A stretch of DNA of 64,000 nt. It comes from Alphaproteobacteria bacterium. GTDB lineage: Bacteria; Pseudomonadota; Alphaproteobacteria; RF32; CAG-239. The DNA is taken from positions 106,384 through 170,383 of the forward strand of contig JAZLEQ010000018.1 in assembly GCA_045615365.1 (NCBI GenBank), given 5' to 3'. A program made the position numbers and the translations under genes. The notes under the pieces were generated by a model. The model did no database searches and had not been told where the DNA came from. It saw only the letters and a program-made list of their open reading frames with translations. Positions 37,180-46,990 of the stretch are shown here, piece after piece. How positions within the stretch are numbered: the stretch's first letter is position 1; each line of letters opens with the position of its first letter.

Positions 37180-37827
37180 TTATTCGGCGCAAGCTTCAAT
37201 TAAATATGTCAGATTGCTGGTAAACAATTTTACAGAAATTGCCAACAAAATAATACCGAAAAACTTACGAACCATATACAAAAAACCTGTGCTGATATAA
37301 CGATCAATTTTTTTGATGAGTCTCAAAACAATATAGATAATCAGCATATTAACCAATACTGCCAACCCGATATTTATTGTGTCGTATTCAGAACGAATAG
37401 ATATGAGTGTTGTTAAAGCCCCTGCTCCGGCAATCAGAGGAAAAACAACCGGAAAGAAGGTAGAATCTTTGGGAGCATCTTCTGATTCTTGAAAAATTTG
37501 AATATCCAAAATCATTTCAAGAGCAATCACAAAAATAACCAATGAACCGGCTATGGCAAATGATGCAATATCAACATGGAAGAGTTGCAAAAACGCCTCT
37601 CCGACATAGAAAAATATGAGAAACATAGCCAACGACAAAAGTGTGGCTCTTCCGGCATGAATTTTACGACGTTTTTTGGTGATGTTAATCAGAATAGGAA
37701 CCGATCCGAAAATATCGATAATTGCAAACAAGACGAAAAATGCGCTAATAAATTCTTTAAAATTAAATGTTCCCAACATTACATACTCCTCTGAAAAAAA
37801 TTTTTTAATGCTCGGCGAATATATCAA
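37180..37827 (-). CDS. MarC-family (UPF0056 / NAAT) integral membrane protein
   Basis: …FFVLFAIIDIFGSVPILINI… family motif, 6 TM helices; the likely true start is the internal Met at ~37779. Confidence 0.65.
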   Translation of the reverse strand: MIYSPSIKKFFSEEYVMLGTFNFKEFISAFFVLFAIIDIFGSVPILINITKKRRKIHAGRATLLSLAMFLIFFYVGEAFLQLFHVDIASFAIAGSLVIFVIALEMILDIQIFQESEDAPKDSTFFPVVFPLIAGAGALTTLISIRSEYDTINIGLAVLVNMLIIYIVLRLIKKIDRYISTGFLYMVRKFFGIILLAISVKLFTSNLTYLIEACAE

Positions 37828-38049
37828 TTTAAAAATCTATAGCAAGAGTAATTTTAAAAAGTTGTGCATTTATTTTAATTACCGGCAACGCATATTAACG
37901 AACAAAAAAAGGCCCCCTTGCTTTAAGGAAGGCTTTTAAAATTCCAATCTAACAACTTTTCGGTTTATTTTCTTTTCCCCCTTGCGTAGAAACAAATTTT
38001 TTCCTAAATATATTTCTATCAAGAAAAACAACAAAGGATTCTAAACAAA

Positions 38050-38580
38050 ATGACCACAATCTTATGTATCAGAAAAAACGGTAAAGTTGTTATGGCCGGC
38101 GACGGGCAAGCAACCCTAGGCGAAGCCATTGTCTTCAAATCTCACTCGGTTAAAGTGCGCCGCATAGGCAACGGCAATATCATTGCCGGATTTGCCGGAG
38201 CTGCCGCCGACGGCATAACTTTAATTGAACGCCTTGAAGCCAAACTTGAAAAACATGCCAACCAACTCAAACGCGCTGCCGTAGAACTCGCCAAAGATTG
38301 GCGCATGGACAAATATCTGCGCCAACTCCAAGCTTTTATGATTGTGGCCGACAAAGAAACATCTTTGGTAATCTCCGGCACCGGCGAAGTTATGGAACCC
38401 GACGACGGAATCATCGGCATCGGCTCCGGTGGCAACTACGCAATGTCTGCCGCCAAAGCCTTATACGATATTGAAGGTCTAAACCTTGAAGAAATTGCCC
38501 GCAAATCAATGAAAATTGCCGGTGATATCGACATCTACACCAATCACAATGTTATTATGGAAAGTATCAACAATGACTAA
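38050..38580 (+). CDS. hslV: ATP-dependent protease subunit HslV
   Basis: 176 aa; [24 protein letters not shown]… (N-terminal Thr nucleophile after Met). Confidence 0.9.
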   Translation: MTTILCIRKNGKVVMAGDGQATLGEAIVFKSHSVKVRRIGNGNIIAGFAGAAADGITLIERLEAKLEKHANQLKRAAVELAKDWRMDKYLRQLQAFMIVADKETSLVISGTGEVMEPDDGIIGIGSGGNYAMSAAKALYDIEGLNLEEIARKSMKIAGDIDIYTNHNVIMESINND

Positions 38581-39880
38581 TTTCAGCCCTCGCGAAATCG
38601 TATCCGAATTGGATAAATTCATTATCGGTCAAAACGAAGCCAAAAAAGCCGTTGCCGTAGCCCTTCGCAATCGTTGGCGCCGTATGCAACTCCCCGACAA
38701 ATTAAAAGAAGAAATCGTTCCCAAAAATATCCTTATGATTGGTCCCACCGGTGTCGGCAAAACCGAAATATCGCGCCGTTTGGCCAAACTCGCCAAAGCC
38801 CCTTTTATTAAGGTTGAAGCCACCAAATTTACCGAAATCGGCTATGTCGGACGCGATGTTGAAAGCATAATCCGCGACCTTTTGGAAATTTCAATCAACC
38901 AAACTCGCAAAACTTTGCGTAAAAGTGTTTACGCCAAAGCCGAAAGCGCAGCCGAAAAACGTATTGTTGAGGCCCTGGTCGGTGCTAATGCCGGCGACGA
39001 CACCAAAACCAAATTTTTGCAAATGCTCCGCGATCATCAACTTGACGAACGCGAAGTAGAAATATCTTTGCTTGACAATTCCAATGCTTCAATGCCCACA
39101 ATCGACATCCCCGGAATGCCCGGTGCTTCAATGGGCATGATAAGCCTCGGTGATTTGCTTGGCGGCAACACACAAAAATATAAAACCCGCAAACTCAAAG
39201 TTGCCGAAGCTTTCAAATCTTTGGTTGATGAAGAATGCGACAAACTTTTGGATAACGACACCATAACCGACACCGCCATAAAATCAGTTGAAAACGACGG
39301 AATTGTATTTATCGATGAAATTGATAAAATCACAGGCAAATCGGAAGGAACACGCGGCGATGTTTCACGAGAAGGTGTCCAACGCGACCTCCTACCTTTA
39401 ATTGAAGGCACCACTGTAACCACCAAATATGGAATGGTAAAAACCGACCACATTTTGTTTATTTGTTCCGGCGCATTTCACTTGGCCAAACCGTCGGATA
39501 TGTTGCCCGAACTGCAAGGTCGTCTGCCGATAAGAGTTGAGCTTAAAGCCCTCACTCATGACGATTTCGTGCGCATCCTGACCGAACCGGAAGCCAACCT
39601 GATCGAGCAATATATAGCCCTTATGGCAACCGAAAATTTCACCTTGAAATTTGATGATAACGCCATTGATAAAATTGCCGAAATTGCCGTTGCAATCAAC
39701 GAAAATGTTGAAAATATCGGCGCCAGAAGACTTCATACCGTCTTGGAAATTTTGCTTGAAGACATAAGCTTCCAAGCTTCGGATAAAAGTGGACAAGAAG
39801 TGACCATAACCGCAGAAATGGTCGCCGAAAAATTGGAAAAATTCACCGCCAAATCCGATTTATCGAAGTTTATCTTATAA
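38573..39880 (+). CDS. hslU: ATP-dependent protease ATPase subunit HslU
   Basis: [37 protein letters not shown]…, Walker [17 protein letters not shown]; start overlaps the hslV stop. The track ORF is extended upstream. Confidence 0.9.
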   Translation: MTNFSPREIVSELDKFIIGQNEAKKAVAVALRNRWRRMQLPDKLKEEIVPKNILMIGPTGVGKTEISRRLAKLAKAPFIKVEATKFTEIGYVGRDVESIIRDLLEISINQTRKTLRKSVYAKAESAAEKRIVEALVGANAGDDTKTKFLQMLRDHQLDEREVEISLLDNSNASMPTIDIPGMPGASMGMISLGDLLGGNTQKYKTRKLKVAEAFKSLVDEECDKLLDNDTITDTAIKSVENDGIVFIDEIDKITGKSEGTRGDVSREGVQRDLLPLIEGTTVTTKYGMVKTDHILFICSGAFHLAKPSDMLPELQGRLPIRVELKALTHDDFVRILTEPEANLIEQYIALMATENFTLKFDDNAIDKIAEIAVAINENVENIGARRLHTVLEILLEDISFQASDKSGQEVTITAEMVAEKLEKFTAKSDLSKFIL

Positions 39881-40968
39881 TGAACGATTTAAGCATATAT
39901 TTCCATTGGCCCTATTGCCTGAGCAAATGCCCTTATTGCGATTTTTTCTCTAAAGTTAAAAAAAATATCGAACAAGACGAAATCATTAGGGGCTATTTGC
40001 TCTCTTTGGAAAAATATGCCGAATTCTTAGGCAATAAAAACCAAATTATCTCTGTGTTTTTCGGCGGAGGAACCCCATCGCTCATCAAACCGCAAAATAT
40101 TGAGCTTCTGCTAAACAAAATCCAAAAATTGTGGCCCCTTGCTTCAAATATTGAAATATCACTGGAAGCCAACCCCAACACTCAAACACCTACATTATTT
40201 GCCGATTTGGCTCAAGCTGGAATCAATCGTCTTTCTCTAGGGATTCAATCATTAGACGACAATCAATTAAAATTTTTGGGACGAACTCACAATTCCAAAC
40301 AAGCTCTAACCGCTATTGAAGACGTGAAAAAAAACTTTTCCAATCATTCTGTTGATCTCATATATGCCCTGCCCACACAAACAATCGCATCTTGGCAGAA
40401 CGACCTCAAAAAAGTTACCTCTCTTGGCATGAAACACATTTCTCTTTATCAGCTTACCATTGAAGAAAACACTTTCTTCCATAAAAAAGGCATCAAACCT
40501 GCCGATGAAGAAACAGCATCGCAAATGTATTTATTAAGCGAAGACACCTTAGCTCAAAAAGGCTATGATAAATATGAAGTTTCAAATTATGCTCAAAAAG
40601 ACTTTGAATCGGTTCATAATCAAGTATATTGGAAAGGCGGAAACTATATCGGTATCGGCGAAACAGCTCATGGTCGTCTGAAAAAAAACGACAAATTCTA
40701 TGCCATAACACATCCCATGCAATTTGAAGAACTCTCCCCACATGAACGTGCCGAAGAATTGATTATCATGGGGCTCCGCCTTGTTAGCGGCATTCATAAG
40801 GCTGATTTTGAAAAAAATTGCGGAATTGATATCAACAATATAATCAATAAAGAATTTAAGGATAATGCCATCAAAGAAGGATTGCTGAAAGAAACCTCTT
40901 CCCACTTATTTGCAACCAAACAAGGTTTTTTATTACTTGATTATCTTATCAATGGTCTTTGTTGTTAA
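39880..40968 (+). CDS. hemW: Radical SAM heme chaperone HemW (HemN-like, oxygen-independent coproporphyrinogen-III oxidase family)
   Basis: 362 aa; …IYFHWPYCLSKCPYCDFFS… CX3CX2C motif, …FFGGGTPSL…; start overlaps the hslU stop. Confidence 0.85.
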   Translation: MNDLSIYFHWPYCLSKCPYCDFFSKVKKNIEQDEIIRGYLLSLEKYAEFLGNKNQIISVFFGGGTPSLIKPQNIELLLNKIQKLWPLASNIEISLEANPNTQTPTLFADLAQAGINRLSLGIQSLDDNQLKFLGRTHNSKQALTAIEDVKKNFSNHSVDLIYALPTQTIASWQNDLKKVTSLGMKHISLYQLTIEENTFFHKKGIKPADEETASQMYLLSEDTLAQKGYDKYEVSNYAQKDFESVHNQVYWKGGNYIGIGETAHGRLKKNDKFYAITHPMQFEELSPHERAEELIIMGLRLVSGIHKADFEKNCGIDINNIINKEFKDNAIKEGLLKETSSHLFATKQGFLLLDYLINGLCC

Positions 40969-41867
40969 TCCGTAACATTAAAATTTCCATTAACTAAAAT
41001 CATTATCAGCGCCAAAAAAAACAACATCGCAAAACCTGATTTTTCGGTAAAACCACCGCTCACCTTAGAATCTCTGGTCAATAAATATACAAACACCGGC
41101 GCTGTCAGCAACAATGTCACCACATACCCCGGATTTGGCGCTAAACGCATTGCCATAGTTTTAGCTGCAATTAGTGCTGCCGAAAATCCCACAATAAAAA
41201 TTCCGGTTGCAAGCACCTCTTTGGCAAAAACCATTTTCACAGTCAAAACAACATTATAATGCTTATGTCTCAACAACAAAATTAAATTATAAAACCCCGA
41301 AACAAATGTTGAAACAGTTAAATAATACAATATATTCGCCCACACATCCTGCCCCATCATGGCGATTTCTTTTGTTGCAACACTCATCCCCGCTAAAGCC
41401 AAAATCGCCGGAACCATATACCAAAAAGCATCTCGGCTTATCCTGCTTTTCATCACATACCAATAACAAACACAAAATCCGAACATTGCCAAAAGTAATG
41501 TGATAAAAACACTTTCATTATGCAAAAGATTTAAGAATAACTCCGGTGTCAATCCCCACCACATAAAAGTTGTAACCAAAACACTCAATACCGATAATCG
41601 TGAGGTTGCTCCTGCTCCATAACGTGCTGAAGCAAAAAAGACATGAGAATCATAAATTCCTATCAAAACCCCTTGAATCAGTAAAAGTTCCCAGTTACGT
41701 ATATCTGTTTGCAACGGCACCAAAAATAAAAAAGGTGCAAAAATCAGCGCAATACCAAAACCTCGCCAAACCCCCAACACATAGCCATTAAATTTGTGCC
41801 TTTGATTCACAAGGGTGTAAAGTGCCATAAAAAAACCATATATCAATCCGTTAATTATCCAAAGCAT
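40965..41867 (-). CDS. Polytopic integral membrane protein (about 10 TM; possibly DMT/EamA-like)
   Basis: 300 aa, hydrophobic throughout; family assignment uncertain. Confidence 0.4.
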   Translation of the reverse strand: MLWIINGLIYGFFMALYTLVNQRHKFNGYVLGVWRGFGIALIFAPFLFLVPLQTDIRNWELLLIQGVLIGIYDSHVFFASARYGAGATSRLSVLSVLVTTFMWWGLTPELFLNLLHNESVFITLLLAMFGFCVCYWYVMKSRISRDAFWYMVPAILALAGMSVATKEIAMMGQDVWANILYYLTVSTFVSGFYNLILLLRHKHYNVVLTVKMVFAKEVLATGIFIVGFSAALIAAKTMAMRLAPNPGYVVTLLLTAPVFVYLLTRDSKVSGGFTEKSGFAMLFFLALIMILVNGNFNVTD

Positions 41868-41972
41868 CTATTCATGCCTCCTTATATCAAGAAAGATATA
41901 TTTCTTAATCCGAAGTTTTAAAGTTGACTCTTTTAATTCTAAAGATAAAATGACCGAACTACACTTAAAAAT

Positions 41973-42365
41973 ATGTTTATTATGAAAAAGGAAATCTACC
42001 TATCTTCCATTACAGTTGCATTCACCATGGAACACATTAGTAAAGATTACAACAAGGAAAAAGTCCTTGAATTCTTAACTCAAAAACTTTCAGGCGATTG
42101 CTTTTATTTCATAGGTTCAACCTTCATACGAACTTTGCCCAAACTTGTAGCTCCGGCACTTAAAGTTGAAATAAAAGAAGCATTCAAAGGTGAAAAAGAA
42201 GGCGAATGGTTTGTCCTCATCCATGTAAATCGCCATGCTGGTAAAGGCCACTCGCTTGATGATGATTTTGTTTTCCGCAGAGGAGACTACTTCATCACTC
42301 AAACCGCAGTTCCATTCAGCGGCAATGTTGAAAGTGTCCTCAATGGAGAATCTATGGAAGAATAA
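41973..42365 (+). CDS. Hypothetical protein (130 aa)
   Basis: ORF followed by an intrinsic terminator at 42378-42420. Confidence 0.4.
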   Translation: MFIMKKEIYLSSITVAFTMEHISKDYNKEKVLEFLTQKLSGDCFYFIGSTFIRTLPKLVAPALKVEIKEAFKGEKEGEWFVLIHVNRHAGKGHSLDDDFVFRRGDYFITQTAVPFSGNVESVLNGESMEE

Positions 42366-42377
42366 CATTTCTTTCAA

Positions 42378-42420
42378 AAAAAACTTCCCGACCTTCTCGG
42401 CCAGGAAGTTTTTTTTATTT
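42378..42420. terminator. Bidirectional intrinsic terminator (aacttcc…ggaagtt + T-run)
   Basis: Hairpin between convergent 41973..42365 (+) and 42438..43142 (-). Confidence 0.55.
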
Positions 42421-42437
42421 TAAAAGCAACAAGATAA

Positions 42438-43142
42438 TTATTTATCTTCAAGCTTTTTATAAAGTTCTTTCCGATCCTTACGCGACTTAGACCATAGGTT
42501 TCCCCATCCGTTAACCGGTTGAACTCTATATAGCGATTCAAAATTAAAATCTCTGGCAAAAAATACCGAAGTCGTTTTGGTATAGGCATTCATCGGACAA
42601 AAACCATAAAAATCAACCTGTAATAAATCAGCCTTTTTCAAAAAATCAACTGCTTTAACATACTCTTCAGACGTGTTAATCCTGTCACTGTCATCCAAAA
42701 TAATCATCCCGCCTTTAGCCAATGCTTTTACAGCAGCTTCTGCACATTGCCATCTTCTTTTTCCGTCAACCACAATCACATCATATTTATTTCCGTCTTC
42801 AAAAATAGCATTTTCGTAAATTTCCCCTTCATCACGCCAGCGAATATCCAAATTTGCCTCATCAAACTCTTTTTGCCATTTTTCAAACCATTTCAAATTA
42901 TCCTCAATTGAGATCACCCTATTTGCTCTTTTAGCCCAAAACAATGACGAAAACCCACAACCGAACTCAAAAATATTTTTCTTTCTATAGTCAAATTGGC
43001 TTAAATATTCTATCGCCGGATATGTATACCAAGGCAACGGATTATCATTTTTATCCAAACAAATTTTTTCGTTAATTGAGCGTTCTATTGCAAATTCTTC
43101 ACGCCACATATCAATAAAAATCTTAAACTTTTCGCTATACAT
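42438..43142 (-). CDS. Class I SAM-dependent methyltransferase (putative O-methyltransferase)
   Basis: 234 aa; motif I …IFEFGCGFSSLFWA…, acidic motif II …YDVIVVDGKRR…, …GGMIILDD…. Confidence 0.55.
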   Translation of the reverse strand: MYSEKFKIFIDMWREEFAIERSINEKICLDKNDNPLPWYTYPAIEYLSQFDYRKKNIFEFGCGFSSLFWAKRANRVISIEDNLKWFEKWQKEFDEANLDIRWRDEGEIYENAIFEDGNKYDVIVVDGKRRWQCAEAAVKALAKGGMIILDDSDRINTSEEYVKAVDFLKKADLLQVDFYGFCPMNAYTKTTSVFFARDFNFESLYRVQPVNGWGNLWSKSRKDRKELYKKLEDK

Positions 43143-43225
43143 AATCCGCCTCTATCCGATATTGAAAAATTACATACCATATCTATATCATAGAAGTATT
43201 CAAAAATAAACAGGAGATTTTAATC

Positions 43226-43447
43226 ATGAATAACTGGATGCGAAACACTGCCTTGGTATTGACCATAATTGGTGGCCTGAACTGGGGATTGGTAGGACTT
43301 TTCGGCTTTGATTTGGTTGCATTTTTATTTGGTCCGATGTCTATTCTAAGCCGTATTGTTTATACTCTCGTTGCTCTTTCTGCAATTACGCTTGCATTCT
43401 CACCGTCTTGCTCTTTGCGCGAATCTGTTCAACATAAAATGAACTAA
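43226..43447 (+). CDS. DUF378-family small membrane protein
   Basis: 73 aa; …LVLTIIGGLNWGLVGLFGFDLVAFLFG… hallmark of DUF378. Confidence 0.65.
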   Translation: MNNWMRNTALVLTIIGGLNWGLVGLFGFDLVAFLFGPMSILSRIVYTLVALSAITLAFSPSCSLRESVQHKMN

Positions 43448-43462
43448 ATTACATCAGATAAA

Positions 43463-43500
43463 AGCAAAGCCCCCTTGAAAAAGAGGGCTTTGTTTTTATT
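43463..43500. terminator. Bidirectional intrinsic terminator (caaagcccc / gggctttg)
   Basis: Hairpin with T-run, between DUF378 gene (+) and recX (-). Confidence 0.6.
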
Positions 43501-44038
43501 CTTCAAATTCCAAAGCTCTTAAGGCCACATCATAATCAAAACCGGCCCTCATCAAAACGGCCAAATCTTTGCTTTTTCTTTCTTTTCGCAAATTTTCATC
43601 CAAACAAAAAAAGCCTAACTTTTTCTTTCTGGCCAACTTAAGAGCAGATTCAAATTCATCAAAATCTTGTTGTGCAAGCAACATCTCGCCCAAATTTTCG
43701 TCAATTCCCTTTTCTTTTAATTTTCCCAAAATATAACGTGGAGATTTTCCGGCACTCAAATACCCTCTTATTCTGATTTCAGCAAAACGTTCATCATCAA
43801 CATATTTCATCTCCGACAAATCACCTACCAACTCATCAACCCATCCGTAAGCTTCATACTTATCAAAATCCTTATCAAAATAAGCATATTTATCGATTCT
43901 TTTTTTAAGAACCGTTTTCAAATTATATTCGGTTGTTTCAAATCGTTTTAAATAAAACAACGCAATATTCTTCAACCTTTGTTTAGTTATTTTTTTTGGT
44001 ATTTTTTTTCTAAATTCTTTTTTATTTTCTGATAACAC
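43496..44038 (-). CDS. recX: RecA regulator RecX
   Basis: 180 aa; three-repeat helical architecture with …RIRGYLSAGKSPRYILGKLKEKGIDE… typical of RecX. Confidence 0.7.
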   Translation of the reverse strand: MLSENKKEFRKKIPKKITKQRLKNIALFYLKRFETTEYNLKTVLKKRIDKYAYFDKDFDKYEAYGWVDELVGDLSEMKYVDDERFAEIRIRGYLSAGKSPRYILGKLKEKGIDENLGEMLLAQQDFDEFESALKLARKKKLGFFCLDENLRKERKSKDLAVLMRAGFDYDVALRALEFEE

Positions 44039-44109
44039 TTGAAAATTCTCTCTTTTTGGATTATAGCATAAAACAAATTTGTTTTTTAATTATACAAGGA
44101 TTTCCCGTA

Positions 44110-45027
44110 ATGGCTAACAAAAATTTTGATAATTGTGCATCATTCTTCATTGACAACGGAGCATATCAAGGACGTCTTATCCGCCTCAATCAGGTTTTGG
44201 ATGATATTTTAACCAAACATGCTCATCCTCTTCCGGTTTCTGCCGTGATAGCTGAATGCACTGTTTTGGGAGCCATGCTTGCCAGCACCTTAAAATATGA
44301 CGGATTATTCACTTTGCAAACACAAAGCAATGGTCCGATTCCTATGGTTGTTGTTGATGTCACTTCCGACGGGAAAGTCCGCGCTTGCGCACGCTTTGAC
44401 GAAGAACGCTTAAATAAAGGACAAACATTGCGTAAAACAGTTGGTCAAATTGAACCGGCCCCTCACCTGATGGGCGGCGGACACTTGGCCTTCACTGTTG
44501 ATCAAGGTAAAAAAGCCGATTTATATCAGGGAATTGTCGATTTGCAAGGTAAAAACTTATCCGAATGCGCATTACGCTATTTCAAACAATCCGAACAAAT
44601 TGATACAGCACTCAAATTATTTCTCCATGCCCCGCAAGGTGAAAGCAAATCATGGTTTGCAGCCGGTATCATGCTCCAAAAAATGCCTGTTAAAGGTGGC
44701 AATGAAGTTGATGAACAAACCGCTGAAGAAGCATGGAACGAAGCTAAAATATTCATGGAAAGCTTAACTGAAGATGAAGTCTTTAATGCCAACCTCTCGT
44801 CTGCTGATATTTTACACCGTCTTTTCCATGCAAACAATTTAAATATCACCCAGGAAAAAGAATATTCTTTTTCTTGCCGTTGCAGCCGCGAAAAACTCTT
44901 TCAAACATTAAGTAATTTTTCACAAGATGATATTGCATCAATGGTTGAAGACGGCAAAATCAAAGCAACCTGCCACTTTTGCTCTGAAGAATATTGCTTC
45001 ACGCCTCAAGAATTGCAAAAACAATAG
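44110..45027 (+). CDS. hslO: Redox-regulated chaperone Hsp33
   Basis: N-terminal Hsp33 domain; C-terminal zinc centre CRCSREK…CHFCSEEYCF (CxC…CxxC). Start placed at the internal Met (MANKNFDN…). Confidence 0.85.
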   Translation: MANKNFDNCASFFIDNGAYQGRLIRLNQVLDDILTKHAHPLPVSAVIAECTVLGAMLASTLKYDGLFTLQTQSNGPIPMVVVDVTSDGKVRACARFDEERLNKGQTLRKTVGQIEPAPHLMGGGHLAFTVDQGKKADLYQGIVDLQGKNLSECALRYFKQSEQIDTALKLFLHAPQGESKSWFAAGIMLQKMPVKGGNEVDEQTAEEAWNEAKIFMESLTEDEVFNANLSSADILHRLFHANNLNITQEKEYSFSCRCSREKLFQTLSNFSQDDIASMVEDGKIKATCHFCSEEYCFTPQELQKQ

Positions 45028-45114
45028 ATTAACCAGATTTTAATTAATTATAATATAAACTTGCAACTAATAATATGCAGGGATTAATCTGTTTTTAAAT
45101 ATGGACATAAAGCA

Positions 45115-45735
45115 ATGATTACATCAAAAAAAATATTATCAGCCGTCGGATTAAGTTTACTTTTATGTAGCTGCGGCACACTCTACGGCACATCTGATAA
45201 TGACGTCGCCCAATATAGTGAACCTCGTTTTAATGAAGAAACACCTATTGAACTTAAGGTAAATAAAATAAATATTGTTTCCGAATTCACACCTTCATTT
45301 ACACGACCGAATGTGGAACACCTTTTTCCTGTATCGATTGAAAAAACAGCCAAACTTTGGGCTGAAGACCGCCTTAAAGCTTCAGATTTTTCATCCCCAA
45401 AAGTTGCTGAAATAACCATTCACGATGCTTCAGTTACTGAAGAATTGGAAGAAGGTAAACAACTTTTTGAGCAAGATAAAGTAAAATATGCTGCCAATTT
45501 AATTGTTTCAGTAAAAGTATATGACCCCAACAGTCTTGCCCAAGCCTCCACCAAAGTTGAGGCATGGCGCAGCTTAACCATACCTGCCAATACGGATATC
45601 GCCACCAAAGAAACTTATTGGAACAGTATGGTTGAAAAACTATTCAACGATTTTAATGAAAAAATGACTGCTAATATTCAACAACATTTAAATGCTTTTA
45701 TCATAAGCGATAATGTTGTTCCAACATACTACTAA
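45115..45735 (+). CDS. Hypothetical lipoprotein (206 aa)
   Basis: Lipobox LLLCSCG; no recognisable domain. Confidence 0.5.
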   Translation: MITSKKILSAVGLSLLLCSCGTLYGTSDNDVAQYSEPRFNEETPIELKVNKINIVSEFTPSFTRPNVEHLFPVSIEKTAKLWAEDRLKASDFSSPKVAEITIHDASVTEELEEGKQLFEQDKVKYAANLIVSVKVYDPNSLAQASTKVEAWRSLTIPANTDIATKETYWNSMVEKLFNDFNEKMTANIQQHLNAFIISDNVVPTYY

Positions 45736-46136
45736 TTCAATATTGCAGGGTTTAGCTTTCCTCGTGCCGTCATATTAAATGTCGGCACTTTTACATTTTT
45801 AGAAACTCCATCTGTTTGCACCTTACAAGAACCATAAAACACCGCATTTTTAGCCTTTAGCGGCGCATAAGAGGTATATTCAAAATATTCCCCCGGCTCA
45901 AGTTCCGGAAATTCCCCCTTAAAACCTAAAGACGAATCGTTAAAACGATTCCCTTTATCATCGGTAATATTCCAGTCCTTACCGACCAAGCGTATTTTCT
46001 TAGGACTATTATTTTCAACACATAAATAATACCCCCACATGTATCGATTCTCTATATCCTCATCAACCAAAACAGGTCCTGCCGAAACGACGATTCCATC
46101 GGTTTGTAAGGTGTTTAAGTCATCAAATACGCTCAC
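45732..46136 (-). CDS. apaG: ApaG (DUF525) domain protein
   Basis: 134 aa; …LVGKDWNITDDKGN…GEFPELEPGEYFEYTSYAPLKAKNAVFYGSCKVQTDGVSK… matches ApaG. Confidence 0.8.
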   Translation of the reverse strand: MSVFDDLNTLQTDGIVVSAGPVLVDEDIENRYMWGYYLCVENNSPKKIRLVGKDWNITDDKGNRFNDSSLGFKGEFPELEPGEYFEYTSYAPLKAKNAVFYGSCKVQTDGVSKNVKVPTFNMTARGKLNPAILN

Positions 46137-46229
46137 TTCTATAAAACCCCTGTGTTAATATTAATTATTTATTAAGGATTATTCCTTGCATATAAATTCA
46201 AAGCAAGCGCTTACTGACTTATCCCCAAA

Positions 46230-46270
46230 GTTATACTCAAAAAAAAAGCTCCTTTTTTTTTCAAAAGGAG
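46230..46270 (-). terminator. Intrinsic terminator after the CarD/CdnL gene (gctcctttt / aaaaggagc)
   Basis: 9-bp hairpin flanked by T- and A-runs. Confidence 0.55.
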
Positions 46271-46301
46271 CCTTTTTCAATGACATTAATCCAAACAAAA
46301 A

Positions 46302-46808
46302 TTATTTTGTTAAGATACTCAAAATTTTCTGAGTAGCATCATTAAGCGAAATATTTTCAAAAACAGCATATTCATTAGCCAGACGATTCAATGCCTGCTC
46401 ATAAATTTGCCTTTCACTATAAGACTGTTCAGCCAAATTTTCGTTGCGATGCAAATCTCTTATAACTTCAGCAATGGCAACCGGACTACCGGAATTTATT
46501 TTATTTTCATATTCCTGAGCTCTGCGAGACCACATAATTTTCTTCACTTTAGCCTTACCTTTCAGAGTGGTGAAAGCATCAGCGATTGTTTCTGCCGAAG
46601 ATATTCTACGCAAACCTGCTGTTTCAGCTTTAGCCATAGGAATTCTCAGTGTCATTTTGTCTTTGTCAAAATTAACAACAATCAATTCCAATTCTGTTCC
46701 GGCAATATTTTGTTTGGTAACATCAGAAACCTTACCGACACCATGTGCCGGATAAACAACATATTCGCCGGTAGCATAAGGATTGTGGACTGTAATTTTC
46801 TTATTCAT
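46302..46808 (-). CDS. cdnL: CarD/CdnL-family RNA polymerase-binding transcription factor
   Basis: 168 aa; N-terminal …GEYVVYPAHGVGKVSDVTKQNIAGTELELIVVNF… CarD_CdnL_TRCF domain. Confidence 0.85.
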   Translation of the reverse strand: MNKKITVHNPYATGEYVVYPAHGVGKVSDVTKQNIAGTELELIVVNFDKDKMTLRIPMAKAETAGLRRISSAETIADAFTTLKGKAKVKKIMWSRRAQEYENKINSGSPVAIAEVIRDLHRNENLAEQSYSERQIYEQALNRLANEYAVFENISLNDATQKILSILTK

Positions 46809-46990
46809 TTTCCTTACCTTTATCTTCTAACCGTGATTATTTTTATAATTACGAAAGGCAATATATCATAAAAAAGGGTTTAAATCTAGAGGAAAAAACA
46901 TATTTTTTTCATTTTTTTTAACTCAATATTAAATCTAATGACATAAAATTTTCTCACATTGAGGTATTTGTGTTTATTTCGGAACCATTA

